Source of the DNA: Pyrinomonadaceae bacterium
GTDB lineage: Bacteria > Acidobacteriota > Blastocatellia > Pyrinomonadales > Pyrinomonadaceae
NCBI GenBank assembly: GCA_046313635.1
Contig: JBKBYA010000011.1
Span: 32,001-96,000, forward strand
Direction: 5' to 3'
DNA length: 64,000 nucleotides
Made by a program: the position numbers and the translations under genes. Below the pieces are notes generated by a model. It ran no database searches, was not told where the DNA came from, and worked only from the letters and a program-made list of their open reading frames with translations. Shown here piece after piece: positions 46,631 to 58,533 of this stretch. Within the stretch, counting starts at the first letter, position 1. Each line of letters begins with the position of its first letter.

Positions 46631-49471
46631 TCATCGCGGCGGGTTGACGTGGAATGTACAGAAGTCGCGCGGTTCGGCTCCGGCGGCGTAGCTTCGGAGC
46701 TGCGGGTTCGGACAGTACGACGCGGCACGCATTCCGGTCAGCGGACAGATGCGTACGGTCAGAGATCTCGGCTGGCCGTCGGAAGGCGAAGGGCGTGATC
46801 GACCGCCGCGGCTCTCGTCCGGGTCGGCATCGTCGGCATCGTTCTGCCAGGTATCGTCCAGCGGCGTCGGCGAGGGCTCGGGGCGCGGCGGGGCGATCGG
46901 CTCGCCGGTCACGGGGTCGTACTGCACTTCCCCGCCGACGGCCGGCAGCTTGCGCGCGGGGACGGTGCCGGCGATGAACAATTCGACGCGACGAAACTCG
47001 GCCGGCACGTTCGGGATATATTCGACCGGCGGCTGAGCAGAAGCGTCAGGCGGGATGTTTGGATCGGGAGCGGCCGGGGTCGCGGTCTCGTTTGCCGGCG
47101 AAGGTTCGACGGCACCGTCGATCTCACGTATGAGCGAGCCGTCGCGAATGTCGATCTCGGCCTTACGGATATTTGCAGGCATGGCCCAGTCGCCGTTCCA
47201 CTCGGGGTTGAGCCGCAGAGCCTCTCGCATAAAATCGGCCCAGATCGGCAGGGCCGAATCGCCGCCCTTCATCCCGAGGTCGTCGCCGTTGTCGAAGCCC
47301 ACATAGACGACGCAGACGAGCTCCGGCGTAAAGCCCGCAAACCACCCGTCTCGCGACGTGCCGGTCTTGCCGGCAAAGGCCGTCTTGCCTGCGACGTTGC
47401 GAAGCCCCCATGCAGATGCTCCGGCAGCGGTGCCGCGGTTGATCACGTCCTTCATTATGTCGTTGATGATGTACGCGACCTCGGGGCGTACGACCTGCTT
47501 ACGGTCGGGCGCCGGCGCGGCGACGGTGCGGCCGTCGCCGGTCGTGACCTGCGTGATCGGCTGCGGCATTACACGTTCGCCGAGATTGGCAAACGTCGTG
47601 TACGCCGTCGCGACCTGCAGCGGCGTCGCCTCGGCGGTGCCGAGCGCCATCGACGGATAGGCTTTTTCGACCTTGGGCATGCCGGCCTTGGCCGCGAGAT
47701 TCATCACGCGGCCGATGTTGAGCTGCATGGCGAGATCGACCGTGATGACATTCTTGCTCTTGACCAGCGCGTCGCGAAGCGTCGTCTCCTTATTTGAGAA
47801 TGTGTCGCCGAAGTTATTTGGCGAGTAGCTCTCGGTGCCGTAGGTGAAGACCTTTTTCTCGTCCTTGAAGGTGGTCGCCGCCGTAAAAACCCGATACGCC
47901 GAGTCGTACGCCGAGTTGATCGCCGTCGTGTAGACAAATGGCTTAAAGACCGAGCCCGGCTGCCGCATCGCGTCGGTCGCGCGGTTGAACTGATTCTCGA
48001 GATAGTCGCGGCCGCCGACCATCGCGACGATCTCGCCCGTCTTTGGCCTGATCGCGACGAGCGCGGCATTCAGGCTGCCGGCAGGCTTTTTTGGAAAGTG
48101 CTTGTCGAGCTTGCCGAGCCGGTCGGCGACGGTCTCGTACGCGATGCGCTGCAGGTCGGGGTCGATCGAGGTGTAAACGCGCAGGTGCTGCAGAGCCTCG
48201 GGGTCGCTGACGATCTTGGGCAATTGCTCGGTCACGTACTGCGAAAAGTACGGCATGCCCTGCAGGTCCTTTCGGTTGGAGATCTTTTTGAGCTCGAGCG
48301 GCACCTGCTTGTATTGCGCCGCGGCGTCGGGCGCAAGCTCGCCGGCCTCGGTCATCGACTCGAGCACCTGATTGCGGCGCTCGGTGACCTTTTGCGGGTC
48401 TTTGTACGGGTTATAGCGGTTGGGACTGCGAATGATGCCGGCGATAAACGCGGCCTCGGGCACGGTCAGCTGCGAAACGTCTTTACCAAAATAGGCATTC
48501 GCAGCCTCGCCGACACCGTAGATCGACACGCCCGACTGCTGGCCGAGATAGATCTGGTTCGCATAGAGCGTAAAGATCTCCTGCTTTGAGAGGCGCGTCT
48601 CGAGAATGATCGACATGTACGCCTCGGTCAGCTTGCGCTCGAGGGTCGGGTCGCGGCCGACGATCAGGTTTTTGACGAGCTGCTGCGTGATCGACGAGCC
48701 GCCCTGGCGATTGAGCGGCGAATCGTCCTCGGGATCGTAACGCCGCCAAAGCGCACGCGCGATGCCGCGAAAGTTGACGCCGTAGTGCTCAAAGAATGCT
48801 CGGTCCTCGGTCACCGTGATCGCCTTGATGAGGTGCGGCGGCAGATCTCCAAAATTGACGACCTTGCGCCGCCCGTCGCCCTCCGCGGCGATCGTGCTCA
48901 GCTGCCGCGGCTCGAGACGCACCTGAGCGTCCTCTCTGCCGGTTTCGTTGTTGAGAATTGACACGACCGACCTGCCGTCCTTGGCAAATTTGACGGTCAC
49001 CTTCGGAAAGACCTTTTTGTCGTCCACGACGGCCGTCGCACCGGGCTCGATGACGAGGCTCGCGCCGTCGATCGAGTAGCGGCTGCGCGAGGAGTCGGCC
49101 TTGTTGCTCTTTTCGACGTAGCCGGCCGACTTGAGGTACTCGATCAGGCCGTTCAGCGTCGTCGGCTCGCCGGCCCTGAGCGTCTTGGGCGCCGAGTAGA
49201 TGCCGGCAGACGGCGTGTAAACCTCGCCGCTGAGGATCGTGCGGTCCAGCCGGTCCGAGAACTCGAACCAAAAATATGTGAGCGTCAAAAACGCAAGGGC
49301 GAGTCCGCCCGCCGCGAGCGAGATCGTCCATCCGTTGAGCAGCCGGCGGCGAATGCGTTGCCATCTCGACGGCGGCGGGCCCGGTATCGCACGCACCGCG
49401 CCGCGACGATGAACGCTGCGTGAACGATCGGATCTTTGTGCTGCGTTTCTCACGGGCGGAGGCTTTTGCAT
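46631..49471 (-). CDS. Class A penicillin-binding protein (PBP1b-like)
   Basis: EDRAFFEH, GGSSITQQLVKN, RQPGSVFKP, SKN, GKTGT. Confidence 0.95.
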   Translation of the reverse strand: MQKPPPVRNAAQRSDRSRSVHRRGAVRAIPGPPPSRWQRIRRRLLNGWTISLAAGGLALAFLTLTYFWFEFSDRLDRTILSGEVYTPSAGIYSAPKTLRAGEPTTLNGLIEYLKSAGYVEKSNKADSSRSRYSIDGASLVIEPGATAVVDDKKVFPKVTVKFAKDGRSVVSILNNETGREDAQVRLEPRQLSTIAAEGDGRRKVVNFGDLPPHLIKAITVTEDRAFFEHYGVNFRGIARALWRRYDPEDDSPLNRQGGSSITQQLVKNLIVGRDPTLERKLTEAYMSIILETRLSKQEIFTLYANQIYLGQQSGVSIYGVGEAANAYFGKDVSQLTVPEAAFIAGIIRSPNRYNPYKDPQKVTERRNQVLESMTEAGELAPDAAAQYKQVPLELKKISNRKDLQGMPYFSQYVTEQLPKIVSDPEALQHLRVYTSIDPDLQRIAYETVADRLGKLDKHFPKKPAGSLNAALVAIRPKTGEIVAMVGGRDYLENQFNRATDAMRQPGSVFKPFVYTTAINSAYDSAYRVFTAATTFKDEKKVFTYGTESYSPNNFGDTFSNKETTLRDALVKSKNVITVDLAMQLNIGRVMNLAAKAGMPKVEKAYPSMALGTAEATPLQVATAYTTFANLGERVMPQPITQVTTGDGRTVAAPAPDRKQVVRPEVAYIINDIMKDVINRGTAAGASAWGLRNVAGKTAFAGKTGTSRDGWFAGFTPELVCVVYVGFDNGDDLGMKGGDSALPIWADFMREALRLNPEWNGDWAMPANIRKAEIDIRDGSLIREIDGAVEPSPANETATPAAPDPNIPPDASAQPPVEYIPNVPAEFRRVELFIAGTVPARKLPAVGGEVQYDPVTGEPIAPPRPEPSPTPLDDTWQNDADDADPDESRGGRSRPSPSDGQPRSLTVRICPLTGMRAASYCPNPQLRSYAAGAEPRDFCTFHVNPPR

Positions 49472-49577
49472 CTGCGGTTGGATTTACGAAGAGTTAGTGA
49501 GAATATCGTCTTCAGCGGCTGCCAGATGAAGTTTATAGGCAGCACGCGACCGCTGTCCACCTAATTCCGCCCGTTGA

Positions 49578-50594
49578 ATGAGCATCATCGACGCGCCCGG
49601 AGCGAACATACGAAAAAGACTTCGACTCGCCGCTCTGGCGATCTTGCTGATGATCGCGGTCGGCTCGGCGGGATTCTACGTGCTCGAGGATTGGGCCCTG
49701 CTGCAGAGCATATACGTCGCCACGCAGACCGTGACCACGGTCGGCTACGGCGACCACACGCCCGTCTCGGCCGCCGGCCGCGCGTTTGCCGTGCTCTTTA
49801 TGCTCGCCGGAGCCGGGACCGTGCTTTATGCCCTCAGCGTTCTCGCCCAGGCGGTGGTGCAGACCGAGGTCCTCGAAGTTCTGGGGCGTCGGCGGCGATT
49901 GAAGGAAATGGAAAAGCTCTCGGATCATTTCATCGTGTGCGGCGCGGGCCGCGTCGGGATCAGGATCATTCGCAGCCTGCGCCGGCAGGGACTCAAGTTT
50001 GTCGTGATCGAGTCGGACGAGCGCAAGATCGCCGATCTCTCAGAGAGCGGGACGCTCGTCCTTGCCGGTGACGCGACCGACGAGGCCGACCTCATCGCGG
50101 CCGGTGTCGAGCGGGCCCGCGCTCTGGCGACGTGCCTGCCGGACGACGCGGCAAATGTGTACACCGTACTGACGGCACGCGGGCTCAACCCGAGTCTCCA
50201 TATCGTCGCACGAGCTGTCGAGGAGCAGGCCGAGGACAAGCTCATTCGCGTGGGAGCAAATCGCGTCGTCGCGCCGACGATCATCGGCAGCAGGTCGATG
50301 GCGAGAGCCCTGCTCAATCCGGCGCTCGCCGACCTGATGGATTCGATCGCCGCCGAGACGCTCGACCTCGTGTTTGAGGAGATCGCCGTTGACGAACGCT
50401 CGCCGCTGGCGGGCAAGCGGCTCGATCAAACGATATTTTTTAACAACGACGCCGCGATCGTCGTCGCGGTCAGACGGGGCGGCGGCGAGATGCTCTTTCA
50501 CCCACGCGGCGACCTGCTGCTCGACGACGGCGACCTGCTGGTCGTGCTCGGCCAGGCTCCGGCCGTCAAGGAACTGATCGAGGCCGGCAGATGA
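49578..50594 (+). CDS. Potassium channel protein with TrkA-N/TrkA-C (RCK) domains
   Basis: TTVGYGD selectivity filter, CGAGRVG, GDAT. Confidence 0.95.
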   Translation: MSIIDAPGANIRKRLRLAALAILLMIAVGSAGFYVLEDWALLQSIYVATQTVTTVGYGDHTPVSAAGRAFAVLFMLAGAGTVLYALSVLAQAVVQTEVLEVLGRRRRLKEMEKLSDHFIVCGAGRVGIRIIRSLRRQGLKFVVIESDERKIADLSESGTLVLAGDATDEADLIAAGVERARALATCLPDDAANVYTVLTARGLNPSLHIVARAVEEQAEDKLIRVGANRVVAPTIIGSRSMARALLNPALADLMDSIAAETLDLVFEEIAVDERSPLAGKRLDQTIFFNNDAAIVVAVRRGGGEMLFHPRGDLLLDDGDLLVVLGQAPAVKELIEAGR

Positions 50595-51433
50595 AAGTAC
50601 TCGTGACCGGCGGCAGCGGCTATCTCGGCACGCACGTGCGGAGGCACTTTGCGGCGGACGACTATTCGCGCCGCGGCAGCTCTCGCGACGTCCTCTCGCT
50701 GCAGGACGCAAAGGCCGTCGGCGAATACGACGTCGTCATTCACATGGCCGCGGCGATGAGCAAAGACCCGTCCGACGCCGACGAGGTCTTTCTGACAAAC
50801 GTCGAGGGCACGGTAAACATTCTTCGCGAGGTGAGGCCCGACGCGGCGTTCATCTTTGCGTCGATGCGCGACGTTTACGGGCGATTTGCCGACAACTACC
50901 GCGAGGTGCCCGAGAGCTGCCCGACGCTCTACGCCGGCCAGTCCGCGCTCGAGTGGTCAAAGCTCGTCGCCGAGCGCTACGTCGAGTACTACGCGCACAC
51001 GCGGCGCTTCCGCTCGTGCATTTTTAGAATGTCGGCGGTGTACGCACCGCTCACCGAGGGCACGGTGCCGAATTTCGTAACGCACTACGCCGACTCGATA
51101 AACAAGGGCGAGCCGATCGCACTGCCCGACGAGGGACGCCCGCGTCGCGACATTCTGCACGTCGACGACTTTTCGGCGGCGTGCGAGGCGTTCGTCGACT
51201 CCGGGCTGCGGCACGGCCTCTACAACATCGGCGGCGGCGCGGCGAACGCCCTGAGCCTGATCGATCTCGTCCGCAAGCTCGAGGAGGTCTCGGGCCTCGA
51301 GGCCATCATCTCGCCGGCACAGCCGCCGCGGCCGGTTCCCTTTGGTTACGTGACCGACCTGACCCTGATCTCACGCGAACTGGGATGGACGCCGCGGATC
51401 TCGCTCGAGGAGGGCTTGAGGACGCTCTTTTGA
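50591..51433 (+). CDS. NAD-dependent epimerase/dehydratase
   Basis: TGGSGYLG, NVEGT, RDILHVDD, YNIGGG; catalytic YxxxK appears as LEWSK. Confidence 0.88.
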   Translation: MKVLVTGGSGYLGTHVRRHFAADDYSRRGSSRDVLSLQDAKAVGEYDVVIHMAAAMSKDPSDADEVFLTNVEGTVNILREVRPDAAFIFASMRDVYGRFADNYREVPESCPTLYAGQSALEWSKLVAERYVEYYAHTRRFRSCIFRMSAVYAPLTEGTVPNFVTHYADSINKGEPIALPDEGRPRRDILHVDDFSAACEAFVDSGLRHGLYNIGGGAANALSLIDLVRKLEEVSGLEAIISPAQPPRPVPFGYVTDLTLISRELGWTPRISLEEGLRTLF

Positions 51434-51447
51434 TCACGACTTCGGCG

Positions 51448-52449
51448 ATGAAGATCGTTGTCCGCGGAACTAACTGGATCGGTGACGGCGTGATGACCGT
51501 CCCGGCGCTGCGCGAGCTGAGACGGATATTTCCTGGGGCGGCCATCACGCTGCACACACGCGCCTGGGCACGCGGCGTTTTTGAGGATGCGGATTTTATC
51601 GACGAGCTGTTGACGTTTGAGACGAGCGGAGCTTTTGGCGAAGTGTGGTCGCAATCGGGCGTGCTGAGATCGCGGCGGTTCGATCTCGGGATCGTGCTGC
51701 CCAATTCATTTGCCTCGGCGGCAACGCTCGCGCTCGGGCGGGTCAGCCGACGGTTTGGCTACGCCGCCGACGGGCGCAGCGTCCTGCTCACCGACGCGGT
51801 CCCCAAACCGGATTGGAAGAGCGAACGTCACGAGGTCTATTACTATCTGAATCTCGTCGCCGCCGTCGAGCGAGAGCTGCTGCAGACAAGCACCGTCGGC
51901 TCGGCCGAGCCCGATACGCGACTCCACGTCTCGCCCGAAAGAAAGGCCGCGGCACGCCGGATGCTCGCCGATGCCGGCATCGGCTCCGATCGATCGATCG
52001 TCGCTCTCGGCGTGGGATCGACAAACTCCATGGCAAAGCGCTGGCCTGCTGAAAGGTACGCTTTGTTGAGCGATCGGCTTAACCGGGAACTCGGGGCGTC
52101 TGTCATCATGGTCGGGTCGGCCGCAGAAAGATCCGTCGCCGATCAAATCGCACAGCTCGCCTCGCACAAGCCGGCGGTGCTCGCGGGCGCGACCGGCCTG
52201 GGCGAGGCGGTCGCGATACTCTCGATCGTCGACCTGCTCGTTTCGAACGACATGGGCCTCGCGCACGCCGCTCCGGCGACGGGCACCAGGACGCTCGTCG
52301 TATTTGGACCGACCAACCCGATCACGACGCGGCCCTTTTCGCCGGAGGCAGAGATAGTCCGCGGCGAGGCGACAAATTCCGATGACATCTGGCCGAGCGT
52401 CGAGGCCGTTTTCGCACGCGCGGCCGCAATGCTGAATGAACCAAAATAA
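51448..52449 (+). CDS. waaF: LPS heptosyltransferase II
   Basis: NWIGDGVM, LPNSF, AKRWP, SNDMGLAH, FGPT (GT9); adjacent to gmhB. Confidence 0.85.
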   Translation: MKIVVRGTNWIGDGVMTVPALRELRRIFPGAAITLHTRAWARGVFEDADFIDELLTFETSGAFGEVWSQSGVLRSRRFDLGIVLPNSFASAATLALGRVSRRFGYAADGRSVLLTDAVPKPDWKSERHEVYYYLNLVAAVERELLQTSTVGSAEPDTRLHVSPERKAAARRMLADAGIGSDRSIVALGVGSTNSMAKRWPAERYALLSDRLNRELGASVIMVGSAAERSVADQIAQLASHKPAVLAGATGLGEAVAILSIVDLLVSNDMGLAHAAPATGTRTLVVFGPTNPITTRPFSPEAEIVRGEATNSDDIWPSVEAVFARAAAMLNEPK

Positions 52450-52990
52450 CGAGCGCCAACCGAGGCCCGCCGCATTCATCGATCGCGACGGCACGCTGAT
52501 CGAGGAGGTCAACTTCCTCTCGCGGGTCGAAGATCTGAAGCTGTTTGATTTCACCGCAGACGCTCTGCGGCGTCTGAAGGACGCGGGCTTCCTGATCGTC
52601 GTCGTGACAAATCAGTCGGGCATCGGCCGCGGGATCTACGAGGAGGCGGCGATGCACTCGATCCATCGCGAGATGCAGAGGCGTCTCGATCATGCGATCG
52701 ACGCCTTTTACTTTTGCCCGCACCTTCCGGATGCGGGCTGCCGCTGCCGCAAGCCGCGCCTAGGGATGATCGAGGACGCCGTGGCGAGTTTTAATATCGA
52801 CCTGGGTTCTTCGTGGATGATAGGCGACAAGCGGCTTGACGTTGAAACGGGCCACAACGCCGGCATACGCACCGCGATGGTCAAGACCGGTTACGGCCGC
52901 GACGAGCTCGAACGGCTCGACAAGATGCCGGATGTCGCCGCCGCGCATTTGCTCGACGCGGTCGCAGAGATACTCGGCCGACGAGCTTAG
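52436..52990 (+). CDS. gmhB: D-glycero-D-manno-heptose 1,7-bisphosphate phosphatase
   Basis: DRDGTL, TNQSG, CPH...CRCRKP, GDK. Confidence 0.9.
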   Translation: MNQNNERQPRPAAFIDRDGTLIEEVNFLSRVEDLKLFDFTADALRRLKDAGFLIVVVTNQSGIGRGIYEEAAMHSIHREMQRRLDHAIDAFYFCPHLPDAGCRCRKPRLGMIEDAVASFNIDLGSSWMIGDKRLDVETGHNAGIRTAMVKTGYGRDELERLDKMPDVAAAHLLDAVAEILGRRA

Positions 52991-53001
52991 GAGGCAGCCG
53001 A

Positions 53002-54537
53002 TCAGCGGCCTGCCGACGACAACGCCCTCTCGTCGGCGCCGGACCGCGCCGCCGCGACCGGAAGGCTCACCGTGAAGCGCGCTCCTCGGTCTTTGCCGTC
53101 GCTCTCGGCCCGCACGGTGCCGCCGTGCAGCTCTGTCAGCTGTCGCACAAGCGCGAGCCCGAGACCGAGACCGCCGCTGCTGGCGATGGTCGCGGCGTCC
53201 TGCCTGAAGCGATCAAACACCATCGGTAGAAACTCGGGACTGATGCCGACGCCGTTGTCGGCGACCGCGACCTCGACGCGTCCTTCGACAGAGCGGATGC
53301 CGACATCGATCTTACCGCCGGCAGGCGTGAACTTGAGAGCGTTGGTCAAAAGGTTTCCGATCACCTGACGCAGCCGCACGCGATCGCCGCGGACGAGCTC
53401 GTCCGCCGCTCCATCCGCGGCGTGAAGGTTCAATTCGATCCCGCGCTGGTCCGCGGTCGGTCTTGCGGCCTCGACCGAGTGCGCAACGACGTCGCCGATC
53501 CGCACGTCGTCCATCTCGAGCTGCAGCTTGCCGGCGACCCCGCGCGCGACATCCAGCAGGTCCTCGATCAGGCGATCTTGCGTCTCCGCGCTTTTGACGA
53601 TCGTCTTGAGCGCCCGCGTCATCTGACCGTCGTCGAGGCGGCCGGCGTCGATCAGACGCGCCCAGCCGAGAATGGCGTTGAGCGGATTGCGCAGCTCGTG
53701 CGAGACCGTCGCCATGAACTCGTCCCGCAGGCGGTTTGCGACCTCGGCCTCGCGTCGCGCGGCCTGCTCGTTTCTCAAGAGCTCTTCTCTCTCGACGGCG
53801 ATGCGGCGAAGGTTGTCGTTGGCGCTCTCGAGATCGGCCGTTCGTTCGCGGATACGCTCTTCGAGATTTTGGTTTGCTTCTCGGAGCTCGCTCTCGGCCG
53901 CCGCCCGCTTGCGCGTCTCGCGGCGAATAAAAACGTTTGCGATGATCAGCGACAGCATCGCCGCGATGCTGGCCCCGATCAGCACCAGCACGGTACGCCT
54001 CATCCCAAAATTGAGATTGCTCTCCTTGAAGCGGAGTATCTCCAGCTCGCGATCCTTGAGCCGCCCGACGGACGCGAGCACCTGACCGCCGGCCTCGGTC
54101 GATTCGAACTCGCCGAATAGCGCGTACGATGCCTCGCCGGCATTCTGCTTTCTGAAAGCGATCTTTTCGGCCGACTGCGCGCGGTAGCGTTCGATCGCGG
54201 CGGCCAGATCGGCGGCTCTGACCGTCTCGGTCTGGTCGACGGCCGCCCAGTCCCTGATCGTCGCGACCGACTGGTCTACCTGCCGGTTTGAATGCGCGTA
54301 GCGCTCAAGGTACGTATCGTTGCCGGAGACGATAAACCCGCGGACCATCGCCTCGCCGCGGTACGTGTGCTCGACCACACGATCGAGTTCGCCGATAAAG
54401 TCGTGCGAACGATGCTGCCACGCGAGCGCGTCCTGCACCGAGAGCGTCCCCTGGTACATAACGAAGCCGATCGTCACCAGCATAAAGAAGACGAAGGTCA
54501 GGACGAACGGCAGCTTTCTCTCAAAACCAAAAGTCAT
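53002..54537 (-). CDS. Sensor histidine kinase (CHASE3-like periplasmic domain)
   Basis: Two TM helices, VRGFIVSG..YLERY, SHELRNPL, NALKFT, DNGVG, GLGLGL. Confidence 0.92.
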   Translation of the reverse strand: MTFGFERKLPFVLTFVFFMLVTIGFVMYQGTLSVQDALAWQHRSHDFIGELDRVVEHTYRGEAMVRGFIVSGNDTYLERYAHSNRQVDQSVATIRDWAAVDQTETVRAADLAAAIERYRAQSAEKIAFRKQNAGEASYALFGEFESTEAGGQVLASVGRLKDRELEILRFKESNLNFGMRRTVLVLIGASIAAMLSLIIANVFIRRETRKRAAAESELREANQNLEERIRERTADLESANDNLRRIAVEREELLRNEQAARREAEVANRLRDEFMATVSHELRNPLNAILGWARLIDAGRLDDGQMTRALKTIVKSAETQDRLIEDLLDVARGVAGKLQLEMDDVRIGDVVAHSVEAARPTADQRGIELNLHAADGAADELVRGDRVRLRQVIGNLLTNALKFTPAGGKIDVGIRSVEGRVEVAVADNGVGISPEFLPMVFDRFRQDAATIASSGGLGLGLALVRQLTELHGGTVRAESDGKDRGARFTVSLPVAAARSGADERALSSAGR

Positions 54538-54578
54538 TGTTACCGTCGAAGGCAGGTGGGGGACGTAAAGACCCGAAT

Positions 54579-54977
54579 TCAGGCGCGGCCAAAGTCGTCA
54601 TCGAATCGCTCGATGTCGTCCTCGCCAAAATACTCGCCCGTCTGGACCTCGATAAAAACGACCGGCAGCGTGAGGTCCGGATTTTCGACGCGATGCACGG
54701 TACCGACCGGTACGTCGGCGCTCTCGCCCGCACTCACTAGGAACTCGCGGCCGTTTAGTGTTACCTTAGCGGTGCCCTGGACAAAGAACCAGTGCTCCGA
54801 GCGGCGTCGATGCCGTTGGTAGCTGAGCCGCTTTCCCGGAAAGACTTCAATCCTTTTAACCTTGTAATTTTTGCCCTCGTCGAGGACGGTAAATGTTCCC
54901 CACGGACGCTCTTCGGAGGTCATCGCGGACGGAGTTGCGGTTTCGGGCTCTGTAAATGCGGTCATTGATGGCGGCAC
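54579..54977 (-). CDS. Mannose-6-phosphate isomerase type II C-terminal cupin
   Basis: ERPWG, RLSYQRH, RSEHW, EVQTGEYFGEDDIER. Confidence 0.9.
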   Translation of the reverse strand: MPPSMTAFTEPETATPSAMTSEERPWGTFTVLDEGKNYKVKRIEVFPGKRLSYQRHRRRSEHWFFVQGTAKVTLNGREFLVSAGESADVPVGTVHRVENPDLTLPVVFIEVQTGEYFGEDDIERFDDDFGRA

Positions 54978-54980
54978 CGT

Positions 54981-56720
54981 ATGACAAGTTTAGACGATAT
55001 CGCCAAATCGGCCAACGAGGTCGACGCCCAGCGGATCCAGATGCTGGTCATCGGGCGGCTGATCGCCGTCTTTCTGCTGCTGGTAACGAGCTGGATCTGG
55101 TACAGCGGCCGTCTGGTGCTGTCGGTCGAGGACTTCCCTCGCGACCTCTTTATCGTCTTCATCATCTCGGTCGGCCTGACCGGCGTTTACTTTTTTCTCC
55201 CGCGTTTGAGCTCGCGGCTGGCATGGCAGTTCTGGCTGCAATTCAGCCTCGACGCGCTTCTCATTACATGGCTCGTCGACCGCTCAGGCGATGTGAGCTC
55301 GCCTTACATCACGCTCTACATCGTACTGATCGCCATCTCGAGCATTTACCTCAAGCCGCGCGCGACGCTCGCTCTGGCCGGCATCTGCGCGGCACTCTTC
55401 TCGCTGTTTGCGATACTTGTTTCGACCGGGGTCACAGATCGCGCGAGCGACGTCCCGCAGGCCAAGATAGTACAGATCGTCAGCTTTAACCTGGTCGCGT
55501 TCCTTGTGGTCGGCCTGTTGGCGACAAGGCTCTCCGAACGGCGGTCGTCAGGCGACGAACTGCGAGAGACGGCCAAGACGCTTGCCAACCTGCGGGCGCT
55601 CCATCAGCTGATCGTGGAATCGATCCGTTCCGGACTGATCGTGACCGACCTCGACGGCAAGATCTACACGTTCAATGCTGCCGCGGCCGAGATCACAGGC
55701 CGAGCCGTCGAGGAGATGCAGGGCCGTTCGATACTTGAGCTCTTTGGCGATATCAGCGAGGCGATCGAACTCTCGATGCAGCGCGGCGATCACGCTCAGC
55801 CGCCGCGTTTCGAGACCGATCTGACGACGCCGGACGGATTTGCGGTGCATGTCGGCTACAACATCTCGCCGCTGATCGCCGAGAGCGGCGAGCCCACGGG
55901 ACTGATCGTGAGCTTTCAGGACCTGACCGAGATCCGCTCGATGGAGGAGAGCATCCGGCGTAAGGACAGGCTCGCCGCGGTCGGGCGCGTCGGTGCCGGG
56001 CTGGCACACGAGATACGCAATCCGCTCGGCGCCATGCGCGGCGCGATCCAGGTACTCGAGTCGAGCACCGCGCCCGGATCGGTGCAGTCCGACCTGATGT
56101 CGATCATCCTCAGAGAATCGGATCGACTCAACACCATCATCACTAACTTTTTGAACTACTCTAAGCCGAGCGTCGGCAGCTTTGTCGAGGTCGATCTCGG
56201 CGAGGCCGTCACCGACACCGTGACGCTGCTCAAGCACAGCCCGGACGTATCGGCGTGGCACACGATAGAGACGTCGCTGCCGCCGTCTGCGGTATTTGTA
56301 AGTGCCGACCCGACACAGCTCAAACAGGTCTTTTGGAATCTTGCACGCAATGCCATTCAGGCGATGCCCGACGGCGGAACGCTGCGGATCAAGGTCGAAC
56401 CCCTCGCAAACCGCCGCGTAAGGATCGTCTTTGAGGACACAGGACGCGGAATGTCGCCCGAGCAGGTCGAGCGTCTCTTCGAACCATTCTCGCCCTCGGC
56501 CACCGGCGGCACAGGACTCGGCCTCTCGATCGTTTACCAGATAATTCGCGACCATAACGGGACGATCAACGTCAGCAGCTTCGAGGGAGAAGGCACGACC
56601 ATAACCATCGTGCTGCAGCGAGAGGCCAAGTCGTCAAAGCCCGGAACAGACGGCCGCGCCGACGCCGGCGGAGACGCGCTGCCGATCGAGGACTATTTGA
56701 AGGTCCGCTCCGGCGAATAG
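54981..56720 (+). CDS. pilS: PilS-like sensor histidine kinase with PAS domain
   Basis: Multi-TM N-terminus, PAS, AHEIRNPL, NLARNA, GTGLGL; upstream of response regulator and pilins. Confidence 0.85.
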   Translation: MTSLDDIAKSANEVDAQRIQMLVIGRLIAVFLLLVTSWIWYSGRLVLSVEDFPRDLFIVFIISVGLTGVYFFLPRLSSRLAWQFWLQFSLDALLITWLVDRSGDVSSPYITLYIVLIAISSIYLKPRATLALAGICAALFSLFAILVSTGVTDRASDVPQAKIVQIVSFNLVAFLVVGLLATRLSERRSSGDELRETAKTLANLRALHQLIVESIRSGLIVTDLDGKIYTFNAAAAEITGRAVEEMQGRSILELFGDISEAIELSMQRGDHAQPPRFETDLTTPDGFAVHVGYNISPLIAESGEPTGLIVSFQDLTEIRSMEESIRRKDRLAAVGRVGAGLAHEIRNPLGAMRGAIQVLESSTAPGSVQSDLMSIILRESDRLNTIITNFLNYSKPSVGSFVEVDLGEAVTDTVTLLKHSPDVSAWHTIETSLPPSAVFVSADPTQLKQVFWNLARNAIQAMPDGGTLRIKVEPLANRRVRIVFEDTGRGMSPEQVERLFEPFSPSATGGTGLGLSIVYQIIRDHNGTINVSSFEGEGTTITIVLQREAKSSKPGTDGRADAGGDALPIEDYLKVRSGE

Positions 56721-56818
56721 ATCGGTCTTGAACTACTTGTCCGTTTTCTGTGAAAATAGCTCGGACGCCAGCGAGGCCGTCTATCCCTTCACCCATCGTT
56801 AGTAAGTCACGGTTCCAA

Positions 56819-58213
<1,395 letters not shown>

Positions 58214-58232
58214 TACAACGGGATTCTGTCTC

Positions 58233-58270
58233 AGAGAGCGGTGGCGCAGGCCGCCGCTCTCTTTGTTTTT
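58233..58270 (+). terminator. Intrinsic terminator after pilR
   Basis: agagagcggtggc-gcag-gccgccgctctct followed by T-rich tail. Confidence 0.8.
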
Positions 58271-58449
58271 GCTCTCAACTTACACACTTTGTCATGGCCG
58301 ATTTGCCACTATTTGTAACGTGCTTTCCGAATTGTGAGATCGAGCTGTAGGAACGTTCCGAGCCTCGTTTGTAGGCAGTTTTCTTACACCGAAAATTCAA
58401 GCGTTGGCACATCAGCAGTTAGCAGTTTCGTGCGTGACGATGCGGCGAA

Positions 58450-58464
58450 CGGCACGCAGTTTGA
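58450..58464 (+). promoter_or_regulatory. Putative sigma54 promoter of pilA copy 1
   Basis: CGGCAC-GCAGT-TTGA; IHF-like ATCAGCAGTTA about 30-40 nt upstream. Confidence 0.6.
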
Positions 58465-58533
58465 GATTACGAGAGACGCCTGGGAAAGGTAGAAACACCA
58501 AAGCGAAAAACTCTAGGAGATCGTGAACCAGAA